A DNA stretch of 64,000 bases from an uncultured Acidobacteriota bacterium (GTDB taxonomy: Bacteria > Acidobacteriota > Terriglobia > Terriglobales > Acidobacteriaceae). Position 1 is the stretch's first letter. Every line of letters starts with the position of its first letter. Shown piece after piece: positions 8,344 through 17,864 of the stretch. A program made the translations under genes and the position numbers. Location: assembly GCA_963744055.1 (NCBI GenBank), contig CAVUSL010000015.1, positions 5,880 through 69,879 of the forward strand. The letters run 5' to 3'. Below the pieces are notes generated by a model. The model saw only the letters and a list, made by a program, of their open reading frames with translations. It was not told the DNA's origin and ran no database searches.

Positions 8344-10620
8344 ATGCCGCAGCAAATCCCCCGACTTCGGCGCTGGTTGGTGCTGGCTGCGGCCTTGCTG
8401 TGCCTGGTCGTGGCCGGGGCCTACATTCACCGGCGCCGACAGGCACGCGCCGTTTTCAAGCAGATTCCCGCCAAGATGAATCTTGACATTCAGCAGACGG
8501 CGGAGGGCTTCAAAGTTTCCAAGTCCGACCAAGGGCGTACGCTGTTCACCGTGCAGGCCAGCAAGGCCGTGCAGTTCAAGACCGGGGGCCGGGCCGAACT
8601 GCATCACGTCACCATCACTCTTTATGGGCGCGACGCCAGCCGCTATGACCAGATCTACGGCGATGACTTCGCCTACGATCCGCAAACCGGGAACGTGACT
8701 GCCAAGGGCGAAGTGCGGATTGATCTCGAGGCGAATCCCGAAGGCATTTTGAAACCTGATCAGTCGAAGCCCGAAGGGATGAAGAACCCGATTCACCTTG
8801 TTACCCGCGATCTGGTGTTCAATCAGAAGACCGGTAACGCTTTCACTCCCGCGAAGGTGGAGTTGCGCATGGCGCAGGCGACGGGATCGGCGACGGGCGT
8901 CCATTACACCGCAAAAGATAACGTCCTGACGCTCGACTCGCGCGTGGACCTTGCGCTCTCGGGGTCACGCAGCGGGACTCTGCAAGCCGCACGTGGCGTA
9001 ATCAGCAAAGAGCCTCGGCAAGTTGTGCTCGAGGAGCCTCGACTCAAGCAGGGGCCGCAACAGATGCAGGCTCGGCGGGCCGTTCTTTATTTGCGAGACG
9101 ACAACACGGTGGATCACGTGGTCGCGAGCGACGAGGTGCAGGCGCACATCACGGGAGACTCCGCCGTGGATGCCCGCGCCCGACAGGCGGAATTTGCCGT
9201 GAACCAGGCGCAAGACGGAATTTCGCGCGCGCTCTTGCAGGGAGATGTCCAGATTGAAGAGGGCGGCGAGCGTCCCAGCCGCATCAATGCCGGACGCATT
9301 CAGTTGACCTTTTCCGGCAAAAATCAGGTCAGCAAAGTTCGAGCGGAGGGAAACGTCAAGCTTACGGAGACCACGCAGCAGAACGCGGACTCACGCGCGC
9401 CGGTCGCCCGCGACACCCGTGAAAGCATGCAGCAGGTGGAAGTCAGCGCGCCGGCGATGGACTTTCACCTCGCCAGCGGCAAGCGACTGGAGCGCGCCGA
9501 GACTTCGGGAGGCGGACGGGTCGCAATCCTGCCGAAGGCGGTGAACGAGCCGTCGACGGTCATCACAGCCGGAGATTTTCAGGCCAAATTTGACGCGACT
9601 GGCCGGTTGAGCAGCATCCACGGCGCGCCTGATGCCAAGGTTGTCACTACGACGGCAGGCCAAGCGGAGCGCAGCAGTGCGAGCCAGCAGATCGATGCGA
9701 AGTTCCGCGTGGCCGGCGGCATAGAGAGCATCGTGCAGCAAGGCAACTTCACTTACTCCGATGGGGCACGGCAGGCGCGCGCCGATCAGGCTCGCTACAG
9801 CCCGCTCGAGCAGACGCTCGTACTCACCGGCTCGCCGCGCATCACCGACAAGGGCCTGGCCACAACCGCCGACACCCTTCGGATGAATCGCACCACCGGC
9901 GACGCAATTGCCGAAGGCCATGTCAAGACGACGTACAGCGATTTGCGGGAGCGGCCGAATGGGGCGCTGCTTGCGGGAGCGTCTCCGATTCACGTGACGG
10001 CGCGCACCATGACCGCGCATCGCGACTCGGCGATGGCGACTTACACCGGGGACGTCCGCCTATGGCAGGACGCGAATGTGGTGGAGGCAGCGAACATCGA
10101 CTTCGATCGCGACCGGCGCTCGATCGTCGCGCGGGGGAACGGCCGGCCCGTTTCGACAGCCCTCGTACAACTCGACAAGAACGGCAAGGTCACGCCCATC
10201 ACCATCACCTCGACGCGCCTGACCTACACCGACGACGAGCGTCGAGCCCAGTTCGAGGGGGGCGTAACGACCCGGGGAGCCGATGTCACCGTGACTGCCG
10301 ATCATGTCGACGCATATCTCTCCCCGCGAAGCCAGAATGCTCCGACTCAAAGCCTGAAAGGTCAGGGACAACTCGACCGGCTGTTGGCTCAGGGGAACGT
10401 CGTAGTTCAAGAACCGGGAAGAAAAGCGACCGGAGATCTACTGACCTACACCGTGGCGGACGACAAGTTCGTCTTAAGCGGCGGAACTCCTAGCATTTTT
10501 GATGCCGAACGGGGCAAAATCAGGGGTGATTCGTTGACTTTCTTTAGACGCAATGATAGGGTGCTCGTGGAAGGCAAGGATAGTTCACCCACCGTTACTC
10601 AAACGCGAGTGGCACGATAA
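8344..10620 (+). CDS. LptC/LptA-like LPS-transport protein: N-terminal membrane anchor plus multiple OstA-type beta-jellyroll repeats
   Basis: I trimmed the ORF 8236..10620 to the ATG at 8344 (MPQQIPRLRRWLVLAAALLCLVVAGAY, a TM helix). The remaining ~700 aa contain recurring LptA-like strands (GNV.i..g......A....y......l.L.G). lptB starts at 10621, directly after the stop. Confidence 0.7.
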   Translation: MPQQIPRLRRWLVLAAALLCLVVAGAYIHRRRQARAVFKQIPAKMNLDIQQTAEGFKVSKSDQGRTLFTVQASKAVQFKTGGRAELHHVTITLYGRDASRYDQIYGDDFAYDPQTGNVTAKGEVRIDLEANPEGILKPDQSKPEGMKNPIHLVTRDLVFNQKTGNAFTPAKVELRMAQATGSATGVHYTAKDNVLTLDSRVDLALSGSRSGTLQAARGVISKEPRQVVLEEPRLKQGPQQMQARRAVLYLRDDNTVDHVVASDEVQAHITGDSAVDARARQAEFAVNQAQDGISRALLQGDVQIEEGGERPSRINAGRIQLTFSGKNQVSKVRAEGNVKLTETTQQNADSRAPVARDTRESMQQVEVSAPAMDFHLASGKRLERAETSGGGRVAILPKAVNEPSTVITAGDFQAKFDATGRLSSIHGAPDAKVVTTTAGQAERSSASQQIDAKFRVAGGIESIVQQGNFTYSDGARQARADQARYSPLEQTLVLTGSPRITDKGLATTADTLRMNRTTGDAIAEGHVKTTYSDLRERPNGALLAGASPIHVTARTMTAHRDSAMATYTGDVRLWQDANVVEAANIDFDRDRRSIVARGNGRPVSTALVQLDKNGKVTPITITSTRLTYTDDERRAQFEGGVTTRGADVTVTADHVDAYLSPRSQNAPTQSLKGQGQLDRLLAQGNVVVQEPGRKATGDLLTYTVADDKFVLSGGTPSIFDAERGKIRGDSLTFFRRNDRVLVEGKDSSPTVTQTRVAR

Positions 10621-11349
10621 ATGCACTCACTGGCCACGGACGAAATCGGAAAAACTTATCGCGGCCGCCGGGTTGTGAAAGGCGTGAGCCTGCGCGTCGA
10701 CCAAGGCGAAGTTGTTGGATTACTTGGTCCTAACGGGGCCGGCAAGACCACATCTTTTTATGCCATCGTCGGTCTGGTGCCTCCGGATACGGGTCGCGTT
10801 CTATACGACGACGAAGACATCACCGAGGTCCCGATGTACCTGCGGGCCCGGCAATTTGGGATCAGCTACCTTCCGCAAGAACCCTCCGTATTTCGAAAGC
10901 TGACGGTCGAGGAGAACATCCTCGCCGTACTGGAGGCCCAGCCGATCGCCTGGCACGAGCGCCGGGAGAAGATGGAAAAGCTGATCGAGCAACTGGGACT
11001 GGATCACATCCGGCAGAACCGTGGGTACGCCCTGTCGGGCGGCGAGCGCCGCAGGGTCGAGATTGCCCGCTGCCTGTGCATCAATCCGACATTCATTCTG
11101 CTGGACGAGCCTTTTTCGGGAATCGACCCCATCGCAGTACTCGACTTGCAAAAGATTATTTCCGACCTGAAGGCTAGTGGCATCGGAATTCTTATCACGG
11201 ACCATAACGTCCGCGAGACCTTGTCCGTGACGGATCGCGCCTACATCATCAACGAGGGGCGCATTTTTCGTGCGGGGACGCCGGAGGCGCTGGGGAGCGA
11301 TCCGGAAGTTCGCAAGGTGTATCTGGGCGAGAGTTTTTCGCTGGTGTAG
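10621..11349 (+). CDS. lptB: LPS export ABC transporter ATP-binding protein LptB
   Basis: 242-aa ORF with Walker [10 protein letters not shown], signature LSGGERRR and Walker B ILLDEP. It sits in the conserved position upstream of rpoN. Confidence 0.92.
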   Translation: MHSLATDEIGKTYRGRRVVKGVSLRVDQGEVVGLLGPNGAGKTTSFYAIVGLVPPDTGRVLYDDEDITEVPMYLRARQFGISYLPQEPSVFRKLTVEENILAVLEAQPIAWHERREKMEKLIEQLGLDHIRQNRGYALSGGERRRVEIARCLCINPTFILLDEPFSGIDPIAVLDLQKIISDLKASGIGILITDHNVRETLSVTDRAYIINEGRIFRAGTPEALGSDPEVRKVYLGESFSLV

Positions 11350-11420
11350 CGCCCTTGTCTGGTTGGACCAAGAGTGCGAGGGCAAGATGCCCTCGCGACT
11401 GCCGGCGGGACGCCGGCGCT
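11345..11420. repeat. Compound REP-like element, family A, bounded by TGTAGCGC...GCGCTACA
   Basis: It starts inside the lptB stop codon (gtgTAGcgc). It contains the perfect hairpins gcgagggc-aagat-gccctcgc and gccggcg-gga-cgccggc. Confidence 0.7.
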
Positions 11421-11613
11421 ACAAAGTCAAGTTTGTTTCGGGCTGACGGGAGTGGAAAACATTACGGCTGTAACGTAGCCCTAATAGAGATTTGCTTTGA
11501 TACTGAGCCTTGGGGCATTGAGTTGCGCATGACTCAGTCCACGATGGAAGCTGGCCTAAGTTCCATCGGCAAGTTACGGAGTAAACACAGGGTTAGGAGC
11601 TGGAACTGATCGC

Positions 11614-13371
11614 ATGGTAATGCTGCAGCACAAATTGAACGTCAAGCTGTCGCAGCGGCAGATCCTGACTCCGGGCCTGGTGCAGATGGTTTCGGTCCTT
11701 GCGCTCAACAAGATCGAGCTCAAGGACATGATCAATGCGGAAATGGTGGAGAATCCGGTTCTCGAAGAACTGGAAGATTCTGTTCCGTTGATCGACGACG
11801 TCGGCCGCCGCGAAGAAGAGCGCGACCGCGTCACAGCCGCCTCAACCGTTGAGGAAGCGCCTGTCCCCGCGGAAGAAAAGAAAGATCCGTTCGACGAAAT
11901 TGATTTCGGCTCTTTCTTCCAGGAGTATCTCGATCCCGGCTATCGCAGCCAGAGTGAGATGGAAGACATCGAGCGGCCGTCTTTCGAGAATTTCCTCTCT
12001 AAGCCCACCAACCTGACCGATCACCTCATGTGGCAGTTGGGTGCCCTGTCAGTGAGCCGTGGAGTGCGGGAAGCGGCCGAGTTGATTATCGGCAATCTGA
12101 ACGAAGATGGTTATCTCATTGCGACCGACGATGAGCTGATGGGAGTTGCGGCTCCTTCGGCACCCGAAGTCGACGCCGCCGTGCAAGAGAATCTGTTGAA
12201 GGAAGTCGAGGCGCTTGGCATTGGCGCCCCACTCGAGGCCGAAGCGGACGAGACCGTAGAGGAGTTCTCGGCCAGCTGGGATGGTTCCTCGAACGGGAAT
12301 TCAGAGCTAAGCGGAATATCTGCAGCGACGGCTGTTGCCCCTGCACAAGAGGTCCCCCTGCCAGCGGCTCCTGCCCCTGCTCCAGCGCCGCGAGCCATCT
12401 ACAAGCCGACATTTGTACTCAGCGAGTTACACGAAGCGTTGGAGATTGTTCGGCAGCTCGATCCGCCAGGCGTTGCCTGCCGCGACCTGCGCGAGTGCCT
12501 TCTGTACCAACTGCGCTACATCCAGCAGCAGCATCTTCAGCAGAAGAACGGCAATGGCACCGCGCAAGTGCTGGCCGACGCCATGGGCATCGTGGACCAA
12601 CATCTGCGCGCCGTGCAGATGAAGCAGCACAAAGAAATTGCCAAAGCGCTCGGCCGGCCGATTGAAGCCATCCCGCCCGCGCTCGAATTCATCAAGACGC
12701 TCGATCCGCGCCCCGGTCAGCAATACAACAAGGCCACCACGCGCCTGATCGAGCCCGACGTCGCCTTCATCAAGCACGGCGATGAGTGGCTCTGCCTGAT
12801 GAACGATGACGACGTGCCTCAGCTGCGCCTGAATCCGTCGTACAAACGCCTTCTGACCAAAGAGACAAACGACAAGGACACGCGCAACTACGTCAAGGAG
12901 CGCTACAAGAGCGCCATCCAGCTTATTAAAAACATCGAGCAGCGCAAGCAGACCATTATGAAGGTCTGTTATTCAATCGTGGCGCGCCAGCAGGATTTCC
13001 TTGAAAAGGGCATCGACCAGCTGAAACCGATGATGATCAAGGAGGTGGCCGAAGAAATCGGCGTCCATCCGTCTACCGTTAGCCGCGCGGTGGCGAATAA
13101 ATATGCCCACACTCCACAAGGCGTATTCGAATTGCGGTACTTCTTCTCTGAGAGCGTGCAAGGTCCCGAGGGAGGCAACACGTCGTTGCTGATCCTGAAG
13201 CGCCGCGTGAAGAAGCTCATCGAAGAAGAGGACCCAGCCCGGCCGTTGACCGACGAGCAGATCACCCGCATCCTTCAGTCGCAGGGTATCCAGGTCACGC
13301 GCCGCACGGTTGCGAAATACCGGGAGGACATGCGCATCCCGAGTACCCACCAGCGCAGAGTGAAGAAGTAG
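11614..13371 (+). CDS. rpoN: RNA polymerase sigma-54 factor
   Basis: 585-aa ORF with an N-terminal LKLSQRQILTPGLVQ region I, a long acidic/Ala-Pro region II and the C-terminal RpoN box RRTVAKYRE. Confidence 0.95.
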   Translation: MVMLQHKLNVKLSQRQILTPGLVQMVSVLALNKIELKDMINAEMVENPVLEELEDSVPLIDDVGRREEERDRVTAASTVEEAPVPAEEKKDPFDEIDFGSFFQEYLDPGYRSQSEMEDIERPSFENFLSKPTNLTDHLMWQLGALSVSRGVREAAELIIGNLNEDGYLIATDDELMGVAAPSAPEVDAAVQENLLKEVEALGIGAPLEAEADETVEEFSASWDGSSNGNSELSGISAATAVAPAQEVPLPAAPAPAPAPRAIYKPTFVLSELHEALEIVRQLDPPGVACRDLRECLLYQLRYIQQQHLQQKNGNGTAQVLADAMGIVDQHLRAVQMKQHKEIAKALGRPIEAIPPALEFIKTLDPRPGQQYNKATTRLIEPDVAFIKHGDEWLCLMNDDDVPQLRLNPSYKRLLTKETNDKDTRNYVKERYKSAIQLIKNIEQRKQTIMKVCYSIVARQQDFLEKGIDQLKPMMIKEVAEEIGVHPSTVSRAVANKYAHTPQGVFELRYFFSESVQGPEGGNTSLLILKRRVKKLIEEEDPARPLTDEQITRILQSQGIQVTRRTVAKYREDMRIPSTHQRRVKK

Positions 13372-13426
13372 CGGTTCGACGTTGTCCGAATTTCGAATGC
13401 GGTTCGGTTGTGAATGGTTCGTATCA

Positions 13427-13475
13427 GGGCTCGGCTTCAGCCGAGCCGTAGAAGTCGGCTTTAGCCGCTGAACCG
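13427..13475. repeat. REP-like hairpins, family B (GGCTCGGC-TTCA-GCCGAGCC and CGGCT-TT-AGCCG)
   Basis: Perfect 8-bp stem followed by aagtcggctttagccgctgaacc, the same word as at 29150-29176 and 30073-30096 beside the RAYT gene. Confidence 0.7.
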
Positions 13476-13542
13476 CGCAGTACTTGCAGCACCGGTTGTT
13501 TGAGCCCAGATCGTGGAGTTAAGAATCCCAGGAGGGCGCTCA

Positions 13543-14143
13543 ATGAACGTGGAATACACCGGCAGGCAGTACGAAATTACACCCGCCATCCGCAAAGAAG
13601 TAGAAACCGGCCTCGCAAAAATCCGCAAAATCCTAGGCGACAAGTTCGAAGCCAAAGTAATCCTGGCCGTCGAGAAACATCGTCATAAAGCAGAAATCAC
13701 CATCAGCCCGCGCAACGGCCCGATCGTCGGATTGGCCCAAGCCACCGACATGAAGATGGCCGTCAGCGAGGCGCTCGATCATATTGCGAAACAAGCGGTC
13801 AAATATAAAACCCGGATCATTTCGAAGAAGCGCAAGTCACACAAGAAGTGGAATGGCGAAGCCAAACCCGATGGCGGCGAGGCGCAGACGGCGGTCGGTC
13901 TCACTGAAACCACGGCTGTGCCCGTAGTCGTTCACAAATATCCCGGCAGTCGCGAAGACGACCGAGGTGCACCTTACGCATTCCTCGGAAGCGGTCGCAC
14001 TGCGCCCGATGACACTCGAAGAAGCGATCAAGGAATGCCACTTCCGCGATCGCGACGTGTTCGTGTTCCGTGATCCGAAGGGAAAGGTAATGGTGCTGCA
14101 TCGGATGCGGGATGGGAAGATGGAGTTGATCGAGGCGCCGTAG
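13543..14143 (+). pseudogene. hpf: Ribosome hibernation promoting factor (long HPF) interrupted by an apparent +1 frame change near 13928-13965
   Basis: AGGAGG lies 7 nt before the ATG at 13543. The N-terminal domain MNVEYTGRQYEITPAIRKEVE... is in the frame with codon starts congruent to 1 mod 3. The conserved C-terminal dimerisation domain (LRPMTLEEAIKECHFRDRDVFVFRDPKGKVMVLHRMRDGKMELIEAP*) is in the next frame and ends at 14143. Confidence 0.75.
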
Positions 14144-14176
14144 CGCAGTCGCTAGTCGTCAGTCTCTAGTCGTCAG

Positions 14177-14210
14177 CAAGAAAGGGCACGCCTGCGCGTG
14201 CCCTTTCTTG
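14177..14210. terminator. Bidirectional intrinsic-terminator-like hairpin between convergent hpf and the nucleotidyltransferase gene
   Basis: Perfect palindrome caagaaagggcacgc-ctgc-gcgtgccctttcttg, with T-rich 3' stem ends on both strands. Confidence 0.7.
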
Positions 14211-14212
14211 TA

Positions 14213-14779
14213 TCACTTCGAAAGTTTCGCCTTCTCCAAAGCGGAACTCCATTCCACGGAGAGATGCAAATCCTGAATCCACTTGTTCAAATACTCGCGG
14301 TCTAGCGATTCCCATCGCGAGCGGAGGACTCCAGCAGCATCTTCGATTTGCCTTTGTGATTGTGACACCCGCGCCCATTCAAGCTTCGAGAGCACCACAT
14401 CTTCGGGACTCGCAACAAAAACCGGAATTCCCTGCAAGTCGATCTGCCGCCGACGCCCGAATTCCTCCTCACTAAACGCTCGTTCCTTTCGAATAATTAA
14501 ATCAATCTTCCACCCGGTCGCGAGATCAATCACGTTGAACAGAGATTTTCTCCGGTGGGCTTCCAGCGCGGCTGACAAATCGACGTAGTAATGCTCCGGC
14601 GGCAACTGCTGGATGAGCAATTCCAATTGCGCGGTAGTGGCATCGATTACGAGGTCGATGTCTTGCGTTGAACGGGTTGCCCCGTAAAATGCACTGGCGA
14701 ACGATCCTGACAACATGTATGGAATGCCGGCTCTGTCGAGAGCGGAGGTAAGTCTTCGAAAGACATCTCCCGCGGTCAT
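14213..14779 (-). CDS. Minimal nucleotidyltransferase (pol-beta superfamily) with a C-terminal helical extension
   Basis: I trimmed the ORF 14213..14854 to the ATG at 14779. GSFASAFYGATRSTQDIDLVI fits hG[GS]x9-13Dh[DE]h, and a third acidic residue is a candidate in WKIDLII. Confidence 0.65.
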   Translation of the reverse strand: MTAGDVFRRLTSALDRAGIPYMLSGSFASAFYGATRSTQDIDLVIDATTAQLELLIQQLPPEHYYVDLSAALEAHRRKSLFNVIDLATGWKIDLIIRKERAFSEEEFGRRRQIDLQGIPVFVASPEDVVLSKLEWARVSQSQRQIEDAAGVLRSRWESLDREYLNKWIQDLHLSVEWSSALEKAKLSK

Positions 14780-15006
14780 GGCAGACCGGCGGGAAGCGCA
14801 GACGGGAGGAACGCCAGGCGCAGCAGTTCCCGACGAACCTGAGCCTCGGTCCACTCGGGATGCTCTTGCCGGATACAGGCTCGAGCCAGTTCTCTCGCGA
14901 ACAAGCTCATATCCCAGGCCAGCAAGAGCCGCTGCTCACCCGACATGGCGGACTGAATACGCTCTTGAATCGCTTGAGCTTCGGCACTCGTATCAGAGAC
15001 GGGCAC
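14776..15006 (-). CDS. Small helical protein, translationally coupled to the downstream nucleotidyltransferase
   Basis: 76-aa ORF with a GTG start and no convincing SD. Its TGA overlaps the ATG of the next gene (ATGA at 14776-14779). Confidence 0.45.
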   Translation of the reverse strand: MPVSDTSAEAQAIQERIQSAMSGEQRLLLAWDMSLFARELARACIRQEHPEWTEAQVRRELLRLAFLPSALPAGLP

Positions 15007-15143
15007 AGCCGGATGGTAGCACGCTATTTCCTCCGCATTCCCGTTCCGGGGAGCTTTCCTAGGGGCCTGCAGTTCACACTTTTAACTTCAATTGCCTTTC
15101 TCGGCGCCCTCCGGCGTTTCTCTGTGGTGCAAGATCGTTGTCT

Positions 15144-16100
15144 TCAAGAACTACCGATCAAAATTCCAGTGATGAACACCAGCGCTCCGCCCAACCCAAC
15201 CTGCAAGGCTGCCGAGGGAATGGGCGTGTCCATGTAACGGTGGCGGATCCAGGTGATCACGCCTAGTTCGATCAGCACCACGGCGATCGCCAGCGCCATC
15301 GCGTAACGGAAATCCTTAATCAGGAACGGCAGCGTGTGGCCCACGCCGCCGAGCGCTGTCATTGCGCCACAGACCAGGCCGCGAATCCAGGGATGACCTC
15401 GGCCTGTCAGGCTGCCGTCATCTGAAAGGGCCTCAGCGAGGCCCATACTGATACCGGCACCGATCGAGGCCGCCAGGCCGACCACGAATGCGTCCCAACT
15501 ATTGCGGGTGGCCAGAGCGGCGGCAAACACCGGCGCGAGCGTGGAGACCGAGCCGTCCATCAATCCCGCTAAACCGGGTTGGACGATCTGCAGAACGAAC
15601 AACCGGCGATTCGCTTCGTCTTCCTCGGCTTTCGTTCCCGCGGTGAGCTTTTCTTTTTCGAGCGCGTCGGCGCGTTGTTCGTGATGGCGTTCTTCGTTGG
15701 CCAGGTCGTCGAGCAATTGCCGAATGCTGGCGTCCTGCGTGCGCGCCGCGGCTTTCTCATAGAAACCACGCGTCTCGAGTTCAATGGCGCTGGCCTGCCG
15801 GCGAACTGTTTCGAGGCCCAGCGGACGCACGAGCCACACCGGCTTGCGCTGCACGAACCCACGCACGTCTTGCCGACGGATGAGGGGAATGTGCTCGCCG
15901 AATTTTTCCTTGTACAACTCGATCAACCGACGGCGGTGTCCGGATTCTTCCTGCCGCATGCCCTCACACACAGCAGCGGACGCAGGAAACGACTCGCGGA
16001 GGCCTTCGGCGAAGTCGGCATAGACGCGCTCGTCTTCCTCTTCGAGAGAAATGGCTAGTGCAAGAACTTCTCGTTCCGTAAGGGCTTCGAAGCTTTTCAT
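15144..16100 (-). CDS. Membrane-bound ferritin-like iron transporter (erythrin-VIT1/CCC1 fusion, MbfA-like)
   Basis: 318-aa ORF. The N-terminal rubrerythrin/ferritin-like helices carry E..H motifs ([19 protein letters not shown]). The C-terminal half is a VIT1-type multi-TM domain. Confidence 0.8.
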   Translation of the reverse strand: MKSFEALTEREVLALAISLEEEDERVYADFAEGLRESFPASAAVCEGMRQEESGHRRRLIELYKEKFGEHIPLIRRQDVRGFVQRKPVWLVRPLGLETVRRQASAIELETRGFYEKAAARTQDASIRQLLDDLANEERHHEQRADALEKEKLTAGTKAEEDEANRRLFVLQIVQPGLAGLMDGSVSTLAPVFAAALATRNSWDAFVVGLAASIGAGISMGLAEALSDDGSLTGRGHPWIRGLVCGAMTALGGVGHTLPFLIKDFRYAMALAIAVVLIELGVITWIRHRYMDTPIPSAALQVGLGGALVFITGILIGSS

Positions 16101-16308
16101 GACGCGGATAGCTTACCAAGGGCACGCGATCGACAGCAGTGCCTGGGAAACATCACGCGAAGTCGGTCGCATTCCCCACGCTGAGCGGTGCAAAGCCTGA
16201 GGAACGGAACTAAATATTTTTTTGGGGTGCGCTATCGATCACAAAAACTCAGAAGTCTTGAAACCTCTGCAACCTGTTCGGTGGGCCCGCTCCAAGCCAG
16301 CATGGGAC

Positions 16309-16887
16309 ATGAATCCCAGGTTCCTCGGCCCTCTCTTGCTGGCGCTCGTGTGTCCGTGCGTCGCATCAACCATCACAATCAGTACGACCAGCGTGCCCAA
16401 CGGTACCGTGAAGACCGCGTACTCTGCCGTGATCACGGCCAGTAAAGGATGCACTCCGTATAAGTGGGCGATCGCCTCGGGCTCTCTTCCGACGGGAGTC
16501 ACCGCGAAGCCGTCGAGCACAACGACGTCACTGACGCTTAGCGGCACGCCCACGACCGCGGCGACCTATTCTTTCGCGGTGAAGGCCACGGGCTGCGGCG
16601 GAAGCGTCTCGCAGGTGGCATACAAGGTCGTGATCCAGGCCGGAGCCAATCACGTCGTGGACCTCTCGTGGAAGCCTTCGACCACGGCGGGCGTCGTCGG
16701 GTACAACGTGTATCGCAGTCCGGACGCAGCCACCTGGAAGAAGCTCAACCCCGGCCTCGTTGGCTCGACTTTGTACAGCGATTCGACCGTGGCCAACAGC
16801 ACGACGTACTACTACTCTGCGACTGCCGTCGACAATTCGGGACATGAAAGCACGAAGACCGCTGCGGTGAAGGCCGTGGTGCCGTAG
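16309..16887 (+). CDS. Secreted protein with a putative Ig-like (He_PIG-type) domain and a fibronectin type III domain
   Basis: I trimmed the ORF 16222..16887 to the ATG at 16309 (MNPRFLGPLLLALVCPCVAS, a signal peptide). Ig-like pattern: YKWAIASGSLPTGVTA...LSGTPTTAATYSF. Fn3-like pattern: DLSWKPS...GYNVYRS...YYYSATAVD. Confidence 0.6.
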   Translation: MNPRFLGPLLLALVCPCVASTITISTTSVPNGTVKTAYSAVITASKGCTPYKWAIASGSLPTGVTAKPSSTTTSLTLSGTPTTAATYSFAVKATGCGGSVSQVAYKVVIQAGANHVVDLSWKPSTTAGVVGYNVYRSPDAATWKKLNPGLVGSTLYSDSTVANSTTYYYSATAVDNSGHESTKTAAVKAVVP

Positions 16888-16906
16888 TAGCTCCCAGGCG
16901 AAAGAG

Positions 16907-17008
16907 CTTATAACCGCAAACCACGCAAAGAAAATCCGCCAGGTTCGCTAAGAGACTAATTCTGCTTTGCGAGCTTCGCGGATTTTCTCCGCGACCTTTG
17001 CGGTTAAG
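16907..17008. repeat. MITE-like element of family C
   Basis: cttataaccgcaaaccacgcaaagaaaatccgcc ... ggattttctccgcgacctttgcggttaag are terminal inverted repeats of the same word family as 6059-6256 and 38765-38910. Confidence 0.7.
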
Positions 17009-17087
17009 ATTTTTCTGGTAGTTGCAGCTGCTTTGACGTGTGAACCGGCCGGAGGATGCCGGAGAAAAACGTGTTGCACCGAGCTTT

Positions 17088-17726
17088 CTAAACTTCTGTG
17101 TCCTTCGCAGCCGACCCCACCACATCCATCACCAGTTCGCGCCGCCGCTTTCCGTTGGTATTGCGTGTTTCCAGTACGCGTACTCGGCGGGCGGCGATGC
17201 TCACGGGGTGAATCTTCCCGATGCGCCCGTCGACCACCTCGGCGCGGAAGCGGAACCAGTCCGTCCGGAACAGGCGTCCCGAGACATAAAACGTGATGGA
17301 GACGGCCACCGTGCCGGCGTAGTCGTCGCCCGTGCAGTCAAAGAAGCGCTTGCCGAGTTCGTCAATCCAGGTCGTGCCCCCAACCAGCGGCTCGTTCAGG
17401 AAGTACCGCGAGGAAGGCACCCCCAGCGCGAGCTTGCGCAGTTGCACCATCTGCAGCAGAACAGAAATCTTGGCGAGGTTCGTGATTACGAGCCTTGTAT
17501 CGTGCGGAGAAACGCGCTCGAGCTTGATGTGTAATTCGGGAGACCACTCGCGCTCGAACTCTTCACGGGCCAGGGCGAGGCTCTTGTCGCTGGCTGCCGC
17601 ATACCGTAACGTCGCCCGCGCGAGCACCAGGCTCAGGATGGTGGTGACGACAGTCGCGATCAGGGGGATGTAAGCAATCAGCACGGTCAGGATGCCGTGC
17701 TGGCTGGACCATTGCATCAGGTTCAT
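17088..17726 (-). CDS. Hypothetical single-pass membrane protein (orphan)
   Basis: 212-aa ORF with an N-terminal TM helix (ILTVLIAYIPLIATVVTTILSLVLA) followed by a beta-rich domain. I recognised no motif. Confidence 0.5.
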   Translation of the reverse strand: MNLMQWSSQHGILTVLIAYIPLIATVVTTILSLVLARATLRYAAASDKSLALAREEFEREWSPELHIKLERVSPHDTRLVITNLAKISVLLQMVQLRKLALGVPSSRYFLNEPLVGGTTWIDELGKRFFDCTGDDYAGTVAVSITFYVSGRLFRTDWFRFRAEVVDGRIGKIHPVSIAARRVRVLETRNTNGKRRRELVMDVVGSAAKDTEV

Positions 17727-17864
17727 CGGAAACTAGTCCTCCCCCGCGATCGACACTCGGTTCCACGAGTTTAGCGAAGGAAGCCACCTCGTAATAGTGG
17801 CCGAAGGACTAGTCCGAGCGAGGGTGGCCTTTCGTCATCTGGCATTGCACTTCTTGAAGAGCAA

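Noticed and set aside
10610-10624. A sigma-54-like TGGCAC-N5-ATGC at the lptC/A-lptB junction.
   Set aside because: It has one mismatch in the -12 element, and the -12 box is the lptB start codon itself, leaving no room for a 5' UTR or SD. It lies within coding sequence of the upstream gene.
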